Positions 1 to 13,036 of a DNA stretch of 64,000 nucleotides are shown piece after piece. Each line of letters opens with the position of its first letter. Position 1 is the first letter of the stretch. Where the stretch lies: the NCBI GenBank assembly GCA_026023565.1, contig JAPETS010000027.1, positions 186,001-250,000 of the forward strand, written 5' to 3'. The stretch comes from Cirrosporium novae-zelandiae. Lineage: Eukaryota. The notes beneath the pieces are model-generated. The model was given only the letters and a program-made list of their open reading frames with translations, did not search any database and was not told the origin of the DNA. A program made the position numbers and the translations under genes.

Positions 1-1016
1 AGGGACGCTTGACGTGGAATGGGATGGATGTTGAGTTGGATGGGGATGTGGATGAAATGGGATATACCTAGTTATAATATAACCTACTGTAGCTGTGTCG
101 TATTGTAGTGCCCATAACATCAAAAACACATCACCAATAAACAAACAGATTCCATATATATTTCCTTTTCGTCCTCTTTTTTTTATTAAGGTGAAATGTA
201 TGTATGTATATATGTATGTATGTTAGAAGGGTAGTCTAAGGCCAACACTTCCCTCCCTCCCTACCTACCGAGCCTACCGAACTATAAGCCCCCCCAAAAA
301 AGGACGTGGGATATTTAGTGTTAGGGTATAGGATAATAGATATAGAATATAGATTATATAACCTGGCTGTGTTGTGTGTGTGTGTATGTGTGTGTGCGGG
401 AATAGAAAAGTAGTGGTGTCACTCACTAGAATGAATAAATAAATAAATAATAATTCATCCATCCATACATACATACATACGTAAGTACCTAGTTTAAGTA
501 AAGCTAATAATAATAATAATAGATAATGATATCTCAAATGAAAAAAAAAAGACATTTCTGGTATCGTGTTTTTTTTTCTTTCCTTCTTTCTTTCTTCTGT
601 GTGCCACCCCCTCCTCCCCTTTCTTGACGTTAACGGTAATGACAAATTGTGGATATGGGTTGATGATGATAACAACAACAACGATAAAGTAGCCACACCA
701 GATAGATCCCAATTCAGTTTCGGTTTCAAGGCGTAAGATAGATGCCCATTAAAAGAGAAAAAAAATATTTACTACTTCCCCATACCCCCATACCGCCCAA
801 CCCTTACTTTCTGATTTCGCATCACATTGTGTCATCCCATCCCCACCAGTCAGTCAATGTTTTCTTCCATCAGTTCATTCAGATCAAAAACGCCTCCGGC
901 TCATGCGGTTCAGTGAAATGTCAACATGGAAGGTGATCCAGCACCAACCATTAAGATTCCAAACCCAGGTTCCCCCTTTTTATTTCTCTTTTCTTGGCTC
1001 GTTTTTCAAATCCCTT

Positions 1017-2724
1017 TCATCTCCATAAATCTCTTGTTACTTTCTTGCCCGAGGAGCTAGAAGGCCTCTTGGGTCCATCATCAGCAGGTACGGCCAAAAA
1101 CCCACCAAACCCGTTCCCGACAATCATGCTCCTTCTCTCTCCTCCACCCCACGAAGGACTCAGCTGTAGATCCGACATGCTGATCGGTCTTGTGACGCTG
1201 CTGGCGCGACGGCCCCTCCCGGTTGGTTCTGGTGGTGCAAAGGTCGTGAAATTCCATTCTAGTTCATCCAGGCCTTTGCTATAGACGATGAGGTTCTGTT
1301 GCAGTCCTCGGAATGGGTTTTTGCTTTCTGAAGCGAATACGGGGGCGGGAGGGAGAAGAGTCAGCCTTTCGGGGAAGCCAGAGTCACGGACATAGAGTTT
1401 GGCGAGGACGGGGAGGGAGTTTGATTGAAGGGAGCTGGTTAGGTACGTGTAATATGATTCTGTGGGTGAGATTATATCTTTTGTGGCGCTTGATTCTGTA
1501 ATTTCAAAGCGAAGAGTTTTTAAGCTGCGAGATGCCAGGGGAGGTAATTGATCTGGGGGAAGAGAACGGAAAATGGGCATGGTGACGGAGAGCTCGGTGA
1601 GTTTAGGGGCTGCGCTCAAGATCTGGTGGAGCGACTGGACTGTTACACCCGTGTTATTTAAAGTTAAGGAGGCAAGTGTTTTGCGGCATTCCGGCCGACC
1701 AAGATATGTTAGAAGCCCTTCGGTGGTTAATTTAGGCAGATCACTAAGTGAAATTTTCTGTAGTGGAGGAAAGGAAGGTAAAGACGGCCGGGAGAAAAAG
1801 ACGTCATCATCAAAACAATCCAGCTCCGAGACTATAAGCTCTCGCAATCGATGGAATGCGCCCAAAGTATGTAGAAGTGTTTGAGGTTCGATCCTCAAGC
1901 CTTTGATATCTAGGACTTGAAGATTTTGCCAGGGCTGTCGCTGGCATAGATCACCAAAGCTTCGTTCTGATCCCAGAGTGTATTTCATCAAGCGAATATC
2001 CGGACACTTGGCTTGTAGCTCCTGTCTCAGGGTCAGGGTCGATGGATGGTCGGTAAAGAACCCTTCTGGCAAATCCACGAATCGAAGATTTGGCAAAACT
2101 GACACGGTTCTTGCAATATCGGCTACGCAGGATTCGCGAGTCATGTATGGCATTTTCAACGTATGGACCATTGCTGCCCAGTGAGGTTCTTCGCGGACCG
2201 TTTGAGCGAGTAGTTTTAAGCGCTGCTGCGAAGGATCTTTTGGATCACCATTGCGATCAAACCACGACTTTCTTTTCCGTTTATCTGATAGTTCGTACTC
2301 GCGTTCGCAATAATGGACGGCGTCAATTCGGATATTAGAATACCTATAATCAATCAATTCATTAGTGGCGCATTCTTCGGAAAACAACAAATAGGATATG
2401 ATTTTATTCCTACAGCATCTTATTAGCAACCTTTTCCCATGCCTTGCAGGCTAAAGCGCAATGGGCCAGATCGCGCATGTCGCATAACATACAGTCGCCG
2501 CCCATGGAATCGTCCAACGACGCATAATTCTCGTCGGCCGAATGCGGACAGACAAAGCTGAAGATGTTCTCAAGAATTTGAACATGACAATCAGAGAATT
2601 TAAGAGTTGATTGTCTGGTTGTGTTTGTATATGGGCAGTATGGCACCTCGGATTTGGAATTCTTGAGCTTGGCCTTGGACCGGGCCTTGTTGAGAAATTT
2701 CATTTTGCTTGAGGATGCCCCCAT
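1017..2724 (-). CDS. F-box / leucine-rich-repeat protein; exons 2724-2414 and 2343-1017
   Basis: Intron 2413-2344 (GTAGGA..CTAAT..TAG) joins the F-box-like 'ILENIFSFVCPH..DLAHCALACKAW' to 'LYSNIRIDAVHYC' and LRR-like repeats. The start could be the second Met (MKFL). Confidence 0.85.
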
Positions 2725-3247
2725 AAATGATAAGGGCTATCAAATGAGTATTAAGTAGTTGAACGTAAAAAACATTCCGAGATGGAGTGGAGAGTTGGAA
2801 GAACGAAGAATAAAGGACTTTGATTAATGAGGAGGTGGGAATTGAGGAACAGTCGGCAAAACAGTGAGTTACCTATCTATTAGTAGTTACAGGCAGGTCG
2901 AGACTGAGACCATGACTTTCCCTTAGTTTCAGGCACAAGAAGGTTGATCAGCATTTACCCCATGTGCATCATTGGATTTTTTCAGTCTTCTTTTGAAGAA
3001 ACATGGCTTTGGTTGGTTCAACATGGTTCAACTTGATCAGAGACCAAGACTTCCTTCTAAACCTTTTACTGGTGTTTTTGGCGCCGTTTACTTCGGTAGT
3101 TTCTTTAAAAACGTTCGAGGCACAGACCAGACCAATCATCTTCGTGGGGCTAAACTATGCAGCCTTAAACAAGACAGCGATATTGATTGTATTGATTGTA
3201 TTGATTGAATTGAACTGATTATCCATCCATCCATCCATACACCTATT

Positions 3248-3293
3248 CATACTTTCATACTTTCATACTTTCATACTTTCATATTTTCATACT
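3248..3293 (+). repeat. 8-bp tandem repeat (CATACTTT)n, about 5-6 units, one imperfect
   Basis: Read directly: catactttcatactttcatactttcatactttcatattttcatact. Confidence 0.9.
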
Positions 3294-3408
3294 TGGTTCA
3301 ATAAGGACAGTGACCATCGTAGCATTAGTGGCTAACAAGATGGTGGCAAACATCTTGTGCCTATTCCTCAACAAATTTACCTAGGTAATGTAAAACATCC
3401 TAGCCCCT

Positions 3409-4525
3409 TCATTTCCTAAAAGCTCGAAGTTCTCTCTTCCACCACCCCTTAAAGTCCATGGTAGAGACATCAATACCCAAATCTTTGAGCTCCTGGGTGC
3501 TCAAATGACAATCATATGGCCTCTGAACCGCAGCATTGAGATCATTCCCTTCCTTGTTAGCCTCCATACCATCTATTGGTAGTCCCAATATTTCTGCAAA
3601 GACCTGACACATCTCGTATTTGGTATATTTGTCTTCAGATGAAAACTGTAAAACCTTGGGCAGGGCTTTCCGGTCCGGCGATTCAAGGTACTTTGCCGCA
3701 ACATCAGCACATACACGACCAACATCCTCAGTGTTTGTAGGGTAGCGTATGGCCCAGTCATCCATTTTTATCTTTGCTTCTCCCTTTTCACCAACTTGGG
3801 CAGCTTTCCACACGGTATCAACAAGCACATTAACCGCACTGTCGGCTCCCTTATCGGCCTCACCATATAGCACAGGAACCCTAAGGACGACCCCCAAGCC
3901 CGTGTCTTTTGTGGCTTCCAGTGCCGCTACTTCTCCATCTAACTTTGTTTGACCATATAAATTCGTAGGCTCTGGAGAAGAAGAAGCGACGTAGGGAGCC
4001 TCGCCAGGGCGACCGGGAAAGACATAATCAGTGGATATGTAGATAAGAAAGATGCCCCGAGAAGAGAGAACGTGTGCGAGGTGAGCGGAGGTTTTTACAT
4101 TGAGGGCTCGAGCACCATCGGGATCCGAGTCGCATTTATCCGGCATACGATTTGCTGCACCTGTAGGAGAGGGCGTGATGATTAGCATTTCAATTTCATC
4201 CAACCAAGCAGTACTAGATTATCAAAGAAAGTAGAAATACATACAATGTACAACAACCTGCGGTCTTGATGGCCCCAAAATAATCATATCAGTTATCTTG
4301 CAATGCCAGGGGAGAACGGGAACATCCTAGCTCCACTTACTTAATAGTTTCAAGTGCCTCCTCAACCTCTTTCTCATTCAACAAGTTTACCTTGATTATG
4401 CTTGGTGGTTTTGCTCTGCTGAATCCAGTGCCGTAGGTTTCCCATCCGGCCCGCTCGAAGCCTTTAACGACTTGGCGGCCTAGGAGGCCTGTTGCACCTG
4501 TGATGAGAGCTTTTTGGGGAGGCAT
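3409..4525 (-). CDS. RmlD-like NAD(P)-dependent reductase (dTDP-4-dehydrorhamnose reductase / MAT2B-like SDR); exons 4525-4341, 4264-4245, 4160-3409
   Basis: GATGLLG Rossmann motif, spliced 'KPQVVVHCAANR', ISTDYVF and YGQTK (YxxxK) catalytic motif; two GT-AG introns around a 20-nt exon. Confidence 0.9.
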
Positions 4526-5578
4526 GAAAGGCTATTAGAGATTCAAACAATCGTAGTTTAAAGTAGGCTCAAATCAAGATCCGATAATCGTTGTTGGATG
4601 GTGTAAGACAAGGTCCTTTGTCCAGGTGAGTTCAAAAGCTTGCCGATACAACTCCAAGACATGTGGATGAGCTCATCACCGATGGCTACATGTCATTCTC
4701 ATGTCAGACTACTGTACACCTCATCCGATAGCTGAATGCTTATCGGGTCTACATATATGTATAACAGCAATGTGAGGTGAACCTAAATAAAGCCTTCTCT
4801 ACTCTATAACTGATCATGACAAACTACAATCCCTTCCTCACTCTCACCCTCAAGGGGCAAGCAGTAATGAAAAGACATAAGGTATCATCTCTCCAAAAAT
4901 TCCGTCCTGATCCAGAGGACCATAGACGAGTTGGTCGTTGAATAGTTTTCAACTAGCAAAAACGCAATCTCGGACGAATCCTCACTGATATGCGTAATGC
5001 CCGTGCACCTGGATGGAGAAGAAAGAAAAGAAGTTTTGCAAGAGGGATTGAGGAAATATTTATACAGTGTTGTGTGGTCCGTGCGCACGCTAAGAGAACA
5101 ACCAGAGTTTATCTGAGTGAATGCAGACTAGTTCTTGATGCCTGAGGCCGACGGAGCTATCAGTCCTAAAGCCTCCATTCCAAGTTTACTACTCCCAAGA
5201 GCCAGCAGAAACAGCAGATACGAACAGTTAATCTACAGCACTAATCTACAGAGCAACGAGGGAAAATCTAGTTAAACAATAGAATAAAACACTAAACTTA
5301 AGGGAACTACCTTAGGAGTAGTAGTACTTTGTAGTAGAGCTGCCAAGTTGCATTTACAACTCATGCTTTTTCTCAACAAGGATCATGCGCGACCAAGATA
5401 TTATCGCCAATTAATAACAAAGGAACCCCCTTAAAGACCGTATCATTTTAGTGCTGTCATACTCGGCATCATACGAAAAATAAAATAAAAACCCTCACAG
5501 CCTCTACCCCCTAGAAGGAGTATGCCAACAACGCCATGCCAATGCTATTCATACATTCTCTTCAGATTATCATAAGCC

Positions 5579-8326
5579 TTAATGCTCTTTCGATCTATCA
5601 ATAATCGGTGGTGCGATGCCGGCAGGATATTGCTTTTCAACATCTGCCAACAGACTCCCTTGAACAAACTGGCTTGGCTCCTTCAAATTTAGCATCGGGC
5701 CTTTGGCATTTCTGTCTCCACTCGCCACGCCTCTGCCTCTCGATTTACCGCCACTAACCTGTTTCAGCGTCCCCGCTCTGGCGAGAAGGCCACTGCCGGT
5801 AAAGGCATCATCTTCATGAGAATGGTGATCTCGCCCGGTGGCATCAATAGAAGCACTCGGAAAATGTGGGCGGGAGACGGATTTCATCGTATTAGATCTC
5901 CTTGTCACAGGCTCTTCCCGTAGCTCTCCCCCCCGCCAAACTGTCGCCTCTTCCTTTCGCCATGCTGCTGCTGGGGGAATATAGTATGGTTGTTCGGGAC
6001 TAGTCGCACAATCGATGAGACCTCCAGGTCCGACCTGCTCGGGATGATAACCTTTGCCCTTCTTGACCCATTGAGGTGGTTCACGGTATTGTGGTGTCAA
6101 ATCAATCAAGGGTTTATGAGGTTGGCGGTTGGACGGAGCACGATTGAGGCCACCTGGCATACCTGGCATGGGAGGTTCGTGAGAAGATTTCATCGACATT
6201 GTACGACCGTGATGAGTTCGCGGTCGTTCTTCAGCTACCGGCTCCCAAGATTTCGGTTCCTGTTCTCGAAGCGCTGCAGCCTTTTGGCGTTGGCTGTAAG
6301 TCCGACCCAGTAGGCCGGTAGGTGCAAAGGCCACGTCTCCATCCTCAGAAGCGCTATTCTGCGCCACAGATTGGCCGCGACTACGTGTCGTAGGAGTGGG
6401 TGTCGAGTCTTTGTTAAGCTTCTTAGGGTACGAGACTGGTGGAGCGGTACGATCTCGTGCGGATTGCTTTTGTCCATGCCTGTCTTGGGTAATCGTTGCA
6501 GGTGCAGTATGAATATGACCCAGGGGGATATCTTCATCATCTTTGCCAATATCTTGAAGTTTCTGATCTAGATCAAGAAGTGACTTGAAAGTCCCAATTT
6601 GGTAAGGAGCACTCATAGAGGAATTGTTGGTGGGATGCCTTTTATGTGATGTTACTGGGGACGACACGGTTGCAGCATTCGGTTGTTCCGGTGCTTGCTG
6701 CTTTAACCCCTCACCTAATACCCTAACAAGATACCAGCTTCGCCAATGTTGCACAGTTTTATACCAAACCGCAGCCAACCTCCTGTCGTTGGTAGCAAAG
6801 AAATGAACAAAGTTTTCGGTGCTCAAGAACATGCTGGACTTTTGTTGGCTCTTGACTGCAAAGCAAACTTTCTTTGGCGCTTTTATCTTTTTCTTGAGTT
6901 GACGCTCAGTAGGTGCATAGATATCAAAGTCCGAAATATGGCATATGTTGGTAGTGTCACCCCTATTCTTCTTCGACATAACCACCTGACCGTCAGTACG
7001 AAGTGTAATATATCGCTTGTCCCACTTTCCTGGCTTCTGTGACCAGTAAATATGAACTGTTATATCAGGCGGTTGTTCTTCCGGGACAAATTTGACATCC
7101 AGCATGTCCAAGTTATCGTCCGGTGTTACAGGTGTTAAGATCAAGCTGTTCTGTGTGTCACCGTCCCACGAATTCATGACATCTCGGACGCGTTCATATC
7201 TACGCAAAGGCCTCTCCAGTCCGAGCTTCTTGAATGATTCCCGAAGGATTGCGGCCTTGGGTTTTATGTCCTCGGATAGGCAATTGGCAGCTGAATAGAT
7301 CAGATCCATCGCAGTGGTGGTGGGGGTGACGGGAAGACTGATAAAGGACCGGCCACATTCAACAAGGACCTTCCTCTCGCCAGCATTGACAGCAGAAACT
7401 GGGGCATCGATCCCAGGAACAATCCCTCCACCTCCAGGCTCAATGTTTTGAGGAGCGGATTTGACATTTCTGAGACGAAGAACCTCAGAAGCAGGCGCAG
7501 GTTTATCTGGAACCTTCTTCTTCCGTAGGAAGTGAAACATTTCCATACTACGACTTTCGTGACCAGGCTTTTGGAAGCTTGTAACTGGCGCATCATAATC
7601 CGAGCGACGTATTGGTTCTGTAGTAGCTTTAGGGGTTGCTCGAGATGGTTTGTCCTCAACACTACGGTCGTGCTTTGCTTCCCGCCTTTGCGCATGACGT
7701 TCATCACGTTCCTGGCTCTCTTCTTCAGCCAGTTTCCTCTTGGCGGCTTCTCTCGCTTCTCTTCTTTGTTCATGTCGCAATCGCCTTGCCCGTTCATGCT
7801 CGGTTTCTGAATTTTGTTGTGCCTCTTCATTGGAGTCGAGATTGGGTAACTGGTCATGTTCATGTGAGCGCACGCGACTTGGGACCTGCCCGGTATGAGG
7901 TTGTCTACTGCTCGAATACTTGGATTTAGGGGCTTTGGGCGAAGATTCAGGAGTTGTCTCATCATTTTCTGTTCCATTGTCTCCTCTACTACTCCGGGTA
8001 TGAGGACGTTGTGCCCGTTGTAGATTGGGAGAAGCTTGTAAGGTCTGCTCCTGTGATTGGTCCTGGGGAACTTCAATATTTTTCTGGGGTGAGGTTTTTG
8101 GGGCAGATGGTGACAGGTCTGGTCTAACAGGTTTTTTTCGATGATATCTAGACATACTTCTAGCGATAGATTGAGATTGATTGTTTGGAGATTTCGCATT
8201 GTCTGTAGGTTTGGTGGAGGGGCTAGCAGCTGATTGGGAATGGGAATTTGGTACAGCATTCCTTATGGAACGATATCTTGAGAGCCTTTGCTCCCTTGGA
8301 GCAGAAGGATTTTCTGTTGCAATCAT
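5579..8326 (-). CDS. 915-aa fungal protein with a ubiquitin-like/Ras-association domain followed by a PH domain and disordered flanks
   Basis: Single long ORF; central 'LERPLRRYERVRDVMNSW' (RA-like) and 'KPGKWDKRYITLRTDGQ..FAVKSQQK..HFFAT..WY' (PH-like). Confidence 0.75.
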   Translation of the reverse strand: MIATENPSAPREQRLSRYRSIRNAVPNSHSQSAASPSTKPTDNAKSPNNQSQSIARSMSRYHRKKPVRPDLSPSAPKTSPQKNIEVPQDQSQEQTLQASPNLQRAQRPHTRSSRGDNGTENDETTPESSPKAPKSKYSSSRQPHTGQVPSRVRSHEHDQLPNLDSNEEAQQNSETEHERARRLRHEQRREAREAAKRKLAEEESQERDERHAQRREAKHDRSVEDKPSRATPKATTEPIRRSDYDAPVTSFQKPGHESRSMEMFHFLRKKKVPDKPAPASEVLRLRNVKSAPQNIEPGGGGIVPGIDAPVSAVNAGERKVLVECGRSFISLPVTPTTTAMDLIYSAANCLSEDIKPKAAILRESFKKLGLERPLRRYERVRDVMNSWDGDTQNSLILTPVTPDDNLDMLDVKFVPEEQPPDITVHIYWSQKPGKWDKRYITLRTDGQVVMSKKNRGDTTNICHISDFDIYAPTERQLKKKIKAPKKVCFAVKSQQKSSMFLSTENFVHFFATNDRRLAAVWYKTVQHWRSWYLVRVLGEGLKQQAPEQPNAATVSSPVTSHKRHPTNNSSMSAPYQIGTFKSLLDLDQKLQDIGKDDEDIPLGHIHTAPATITQDRHGQKQSARDRTAPPVSYPKKLNKDSTPTPTTRSRGQSVAQNSASEDGDVAFAPTGLLGRTYSQRQKAAALREQEPKSWEPVAEERPRTHHGRTMSMKSSHEPPMPGMPGGLNRAPSNRQPHKPLIDLTPQYREPPQWVKKGKGYHPEQVGPGGLIDCATSPEQPYYIPPAAAWRKEEATVWRGGELREEPVTRRSNTMKSVSRPHFPSASIDATGRDHHSHEDDAFTGSGLLARAGTLKQVSGGKSRGRGVASGDRNAKGPMLNLKEPSQFVQGSLLADVEKQYPAGIAPPIIDRSKEH

Positions 8327-10121
8327 GGTGGCCGCCAGTAAATGCGCAGTCTTTCAATGAGAGGAGTATGAGAAAGAACTTGGAAGGGTGCCATGGGGGC
8401 AGATGATCATGTTATGGCTGGAGGCTGGCGGCTTGTACCAATGTAAATCAACTTGGTTACAGGGAAGAAAGGACTGGTTCAAAAAATAACTGAAATAAAT
8501 TTACCGGACTTTACCAGATCAGGTTAGATGATTTCCAGACCCTTCGGAAATGACAGCAAAGGACAAAGTTTAATTGGTTCAAGTGGAAAAACCAGCCAAA
8601 CACGCCAAAGTCCCAGGGTTTGTCGCAAATCTTGTTTGGGGTCTGTCTGGTTGATGTCTTGTCCGACTTGCGGAGTAACTTTACGCTTGACGGTCAATAC
8701 AGTACAGTGTATAGTATAGTAATTATGATAACCATAGTACAGGTAACAGTACTCTAATTATCCACTATCAATTATACACGATAAACTACTTATACACTAT
8801 ACACATACAATACATGGTGTTTTTCATAGTATTAATTGAAAGAAGAACCTGTTTCCAGGTACTCAGTTGTCAGACATTCCAAGTCTTTGCCCCGTGCAAC
8901 CAACTGAAATTGTTTAGTTACCTTAAGGTATGCTCTGAAACTCCTGAAACCCACTGGCCTGGACTTGACCGAACCTTTTTCATTTTTTATTAAATTTGGC
9001 CCTTCAATTGAAGCCATGATTTCTAGGCATTGATGTTGGTAAAACCTCGTCAAACAAAACCAAACAAAATGGCCTTTAATTACTTTTTGAGGAATGACAT
9101 CAACAATTGAATCAAGTCTTACAGTCTCGCATTTACCTCTTGGACCTAGAAAGGTACTTAACCTGCTTTAATCTTTTAACCTTCGGACATGATATAACCT
9201 TGTCTACTTAATTACTGAGTATAAGTTAATAAGAACTGAAACTCCTTCTGTACATAAATAAATAAATACAAAGGTTGGACCCTTTCCTTTTGACTCTGGC
9301 CAAGACCTTTACTTCTCTACTTTATTTACACTTCCATCAATCTTGAACTCAATAAGTTCTCCCACCCATATGGGATCTAACAACCCGAAGGTGGTTGACA
9401 ACAGTATTGCCGATTCACCACATTGACTCACCTCAGGTGACTCCCAGCCAAGCTTCTTTTCCCCCGAATAATGACATTCTGATCAATGACTATGAAAACA
9501 CGATTGCCCAATACCTTGGCACGCTTGGTTGAAGGAATACAAATAACAAAAAGGATATTAATAGATGATTCCCCAAAGAGGAAATATTAGGAAGGATTCC
9601 CGTTTAGGGCTTATCCTAACCCATTCAGGTAAGTTATCAGCCCTACGAAAGCAATGGTGCGGAAAGGGGTCCAACGGCAATCTAAAAAACTTCTAAATAT
9701 TTCCCAAGCTTGCCCACTCCAAGCAATGGGGCCGCGTAATTGCCACCTTTCGCTCAGATATCGTGAGATCCGGATACTTGGTTTAGGTAACAAATTTCAA
9801 TTATATCGTCGCAATGCTTGCGCAATCCTACCTTTTGATTGCTGGGCATCAATGATGTTTTAATAATATGTTCACTTCAATATTTTCTATATCAACCCTT
9901 TAGTAACCGCATCAAGGTAATCCTATCAATTCAATTCATTCATCCAACGTATTTTTCGTTTCTGTTTACCACACTCATTCAACAGTTATATCACTCATTT
10001 ATCTTGATTGACGGCAAAGCAAAGTAGCAATACTCTACATTACCTTAATCCAAGGCATTCTTTTAAACCCAATCAAAAAAAATATTAAAAAACGTACGAA
10101 TAACCATTCACATCAACCGCC

Positions 10122-11090
10122 ATGTTCTTCACGCTACCTATCCTTGGAGCGCTTCTGCTGCCCCTCGCCTCAGCGATCGACATTACAACTCCAACCCTCA
10201 ACAGCACCCTATCAAAGGGTTCGACCTACAATGTCACCTGGACGCACGTCGACACCGACCCTTCGGTCTTCAGCATCTTCCTTGTAAACTTCGTGGACTG
10301 GCCTCCCTCGTACATCGAGCTGGCAGACTCCATCCCCACCTGGGAAGATTCCTACAGCGTATACATTCCCTGCGACACAGCCACGTCCTACGGGTTCCAG
10401 TTCAATGCCATCAACGGCACCAACGTCTACGTCATCTACGCGCAGAGTGATAAATTTTTCGTTGACGGCGACTCATGCACGGATCCCGTCACGACGACCT
10501 CAGCCGCGAGCTGCCCGACCGCTGCATCTTCAACCAATGCTACAACAACGGTTTTCGTCACGGTGAGCGCCACTGCCTCTGCCTCTACTTCTCCCGCAAA
10601 TTCTACTGCAGCTGCTACTGTTGCAGCTGCTGCCCTTGATGTCGTTTCCTCATCCTCCTCCTCATCCATCATCTCCACATCCTCACCCTCGTCTTCTTCC
10701 GCTGCTCTCTCTGTCAGTCCTGGAATCGTGCCTAAGACTATTGGTTGGTGTTCAGACTACAGCTCTCCTGTGACGCTCTCGTCCGTACCCACCCCCGCCG
10801 CCACGATTATCGATGAGGGGGTAATGAAGGTCGTTGTTTCGGTTTCTGCGGCTGCGACGGCCACCGCTAGCGCCGGTGTCGATACCGAGGTGAATGTGGT
10901 TGCTGGTGCAACTGGAACTGCGGGTGCAAGTGGAGCAGCAGAGGAGACGGGATCGGCCAAGACGGTGACCAAATACGTGACGGAAAAGGCTGCGACTGTT
11001 ACTCAATGGGTTACCGAGCGGGTGACAGTTGCAAGGGCCACCAAGACAAATTGGGCGACTACGACGATCCAGGAGGATTGTGAGGCTTAA
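10122..11090 (+). CDS. Secreted Ser/Thr/Ala-rich cell-wall or extracellular matrix protein with a Kre9/Knh1-like N-terminal domain
   Basis: Signal peptide MFFTLPILGALLLPLASA; 'ITTP..YNVTWTHVDTDPSVFSIFLVN..IYAQS..F' N-domain; S/T/A-rich tail; intronless. Confidence 0.8.
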   Translation: MFFTLPILGALLLPLASAIDITTPTLNSTLSKGSTYNVTWTHVDTDPSVFSIFLVNFVDWPPSYIELADSIPTWEDSYSVYIPCDTATSYGFQFNAINGTNVYVIYAQSDKFFVDGDSCTDPVTTTSAASCPTAASSTNATTTVFVTVSATASASTSPANSTAAATVAAAALDVVSSSSSSSIISTSSPSSSSAALSVSPGIVPKTIGWCSDYSSPVTLSSVPTPAATIIDEGVMKVVVSVSAAATATASAGVDTEVNVVAGATGTAGASGAAEETGSAKTVTKYVTEKAATVTQWVTERVTVARATKTNWATTTIQEDCEA

Positions 11091-11890
11091 TTGTAGATAT
11101 ATATCTATATGTAGCATTTAAGCCTAGGTTCTGTGTGTAGCCATTTGGTAGGGTATAGATATATATATGTGCTTATGGTGAACGGATTAGTCCTCCCTGA
11201 AATCTTTGAATTAGCCAAATTTTCACTCAAGATTATATTACTCGCCATCACCAAATCCAAACCCCCAGCCCCACCCTTCCAACAAACTTACAACAAAACC
11301 TCCCTCCTCTCTCCCTCAAAAAAAAACCCCCTCTCCAACTTTTTTTTTCACACCCCCAACAAACAAACACGCAAACATTCCATTTCAATCCACAAAGAAA
11401 AGAACCAATTAAAAAAAAATCAAGTAGCTAAAGGACTCCCGATAATACCAAGCAACGGTGACGGGTGACAAACGATCGCAGGGGTTCTAATTCCAAGAGA
11501 GAGAGACCTTCCCTTGCCCTTGCCCTCCTAGAAAAAAAATTATATGTAGATATATGTAGGATGGAGGTGAGAAAAGTAAGTAAGTTAAAATCTATCTTTG
11601 GGACTTTTTTTTGTGGTTTTTGGGGGGTTGTTCAGAAGAGTTATGGATTAGGGGGTATGGATAAACCCAAACCCAAGATTTGAAAGTGAGTGAGTGAGTT
11701 GAAGCCATTATTATATAATTATATAACCCTATAAACCCCCCTATGGGCAAAAATGACATTTTTCGATGGTGATGATGAATTTCGTGAATGAAAATGAAAT
11801 AAAAATCTAGCACGGGTACTGTACAGTACTTCCAAAAGATGGAGAAGAAGCGAGCGATACGAGCTTTTCTTTTCTTTGGATTTCTTTCCT

Positions 11891-11912
11891 CCTAGGTACC
11901 TAGGTACCTAGG
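11891..11912. repeat. Perfect 22-bp palindrome CCTAGGTACCTAGGTACCTAGG
   Basis: The sequence equals its own reverse complement. Confidence 0.9.
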
Positions 11913-12366
11913 GTCTGTTGAAAATTTTTGAATCTCCCTAGACCTTCTTTTTAAAAAAAGAAGAAAATTTCGGGGTTTAGAGGTGGGATGGGTGGATGGA
12001 TGGTTGTTTTGAGGTTTAGGGGGATTTTGTTGTTTGTTTTTTTGTATGTTTGGTTGATTGATACAAGCGGTAATCAAATCAGCGGATATCGAAACATGTT
12101 TCAGCCTATGTAGTAGATGCGGTACCGGTATGCCGCAAGAGGGTGGGTTAAGCTCGAAGCTGCAAGTTGTTTAAGATATTAATGTTGTGCGCGCAGGTGC
12201 CTAGGTAGCCAACACGGAAGAAAGAAAGAGACAACAAATTATTAAAAACTTAATATTATTTTTTCATTCATTTTCAATATATCTTATACATTCCTGCCTT
12301 CATATACCCCCATTCTTTTGATTGGTCATGATCACCCGGCATTAATTTTACAGAACCCATCATAAA

Positions 12367-13036
12367 TCACAGACTCTGGGGTGGTTGTGCAATATTCATT
12401 AGGTGATCCCCATTAAGAGTCATCATGATTTCCTTTAGACCTTCATGGTTATAATCATTCTCATTCCATATGTCCTTGTGGTATCGAACTTTCCCTTGGT
12501 CGTCTAGTGTAAGCGTCACCAAACTATTGACAGCATGGGAAAAGTGCAATAGCTTTGGGGTGTATTCCTGCTGTTGCTTATATATAATGTGCTGAGGCGA
12601 ATCGGTCATAATCTCGGTTTTGAGGGTGCGACTTGAGAAGAATTTAGAAATTCCTACAGAAGGAGGACTGTCAATTGAGGGCAATCATTGTAGGTTTATG
12701 AGCTTTCGCCCTTTGATACTGACCATACCACTGGCTAGCAATCTTGTGCCTCGTGTCGCAATAGCTCCAAGGGTCATCATAGATGGCTTCTTCGGTATAC
12801 ACCTCCATATCTTCTTCACTTGCGCTACCACTATATAGACGTGTGATGCACTCGACAATATTTTCGTGTTCTGGGGACAGTTTTATCGATCGGTCCGGAT
12901 TGGGCTCATAGTCAACTGTAGGTCTTTCAGACTTATTCTCCACTTTGTTGTTCCAGGACAATGCTTGGTTTTGTACGAGGTCTTGAGGGTTTGGTCGAAT
13001 CCCGTAACTATCATGGAGCTGTTGAGTGGTAGCCAT
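12367..13036 (-). CDS. Small conserved fungal protein, SnoaL/NTF2-like fold; exons 13036-12724 and 12653-12367
   Basis: Intron 12723-12654 (GTCAGT..TTGAC..TAG) joins 'AIYDDPWSYCDTRHKIASQWY' to 'GISKF..KVRYHKDIWNE'. Confidence 0.75.

Noticed and set aside
274..936. Short ORFs at the start of the window
   Set aside because: Low-complexity microsatellite and poly-A/T sequence with no protein-like features; likely UTR or intergenic
7300..8259. 319-aa alternative-frame ORF overlapping the 915-aa gene
   Set aside because: Same-strand shadow frame with no recognisable motifs
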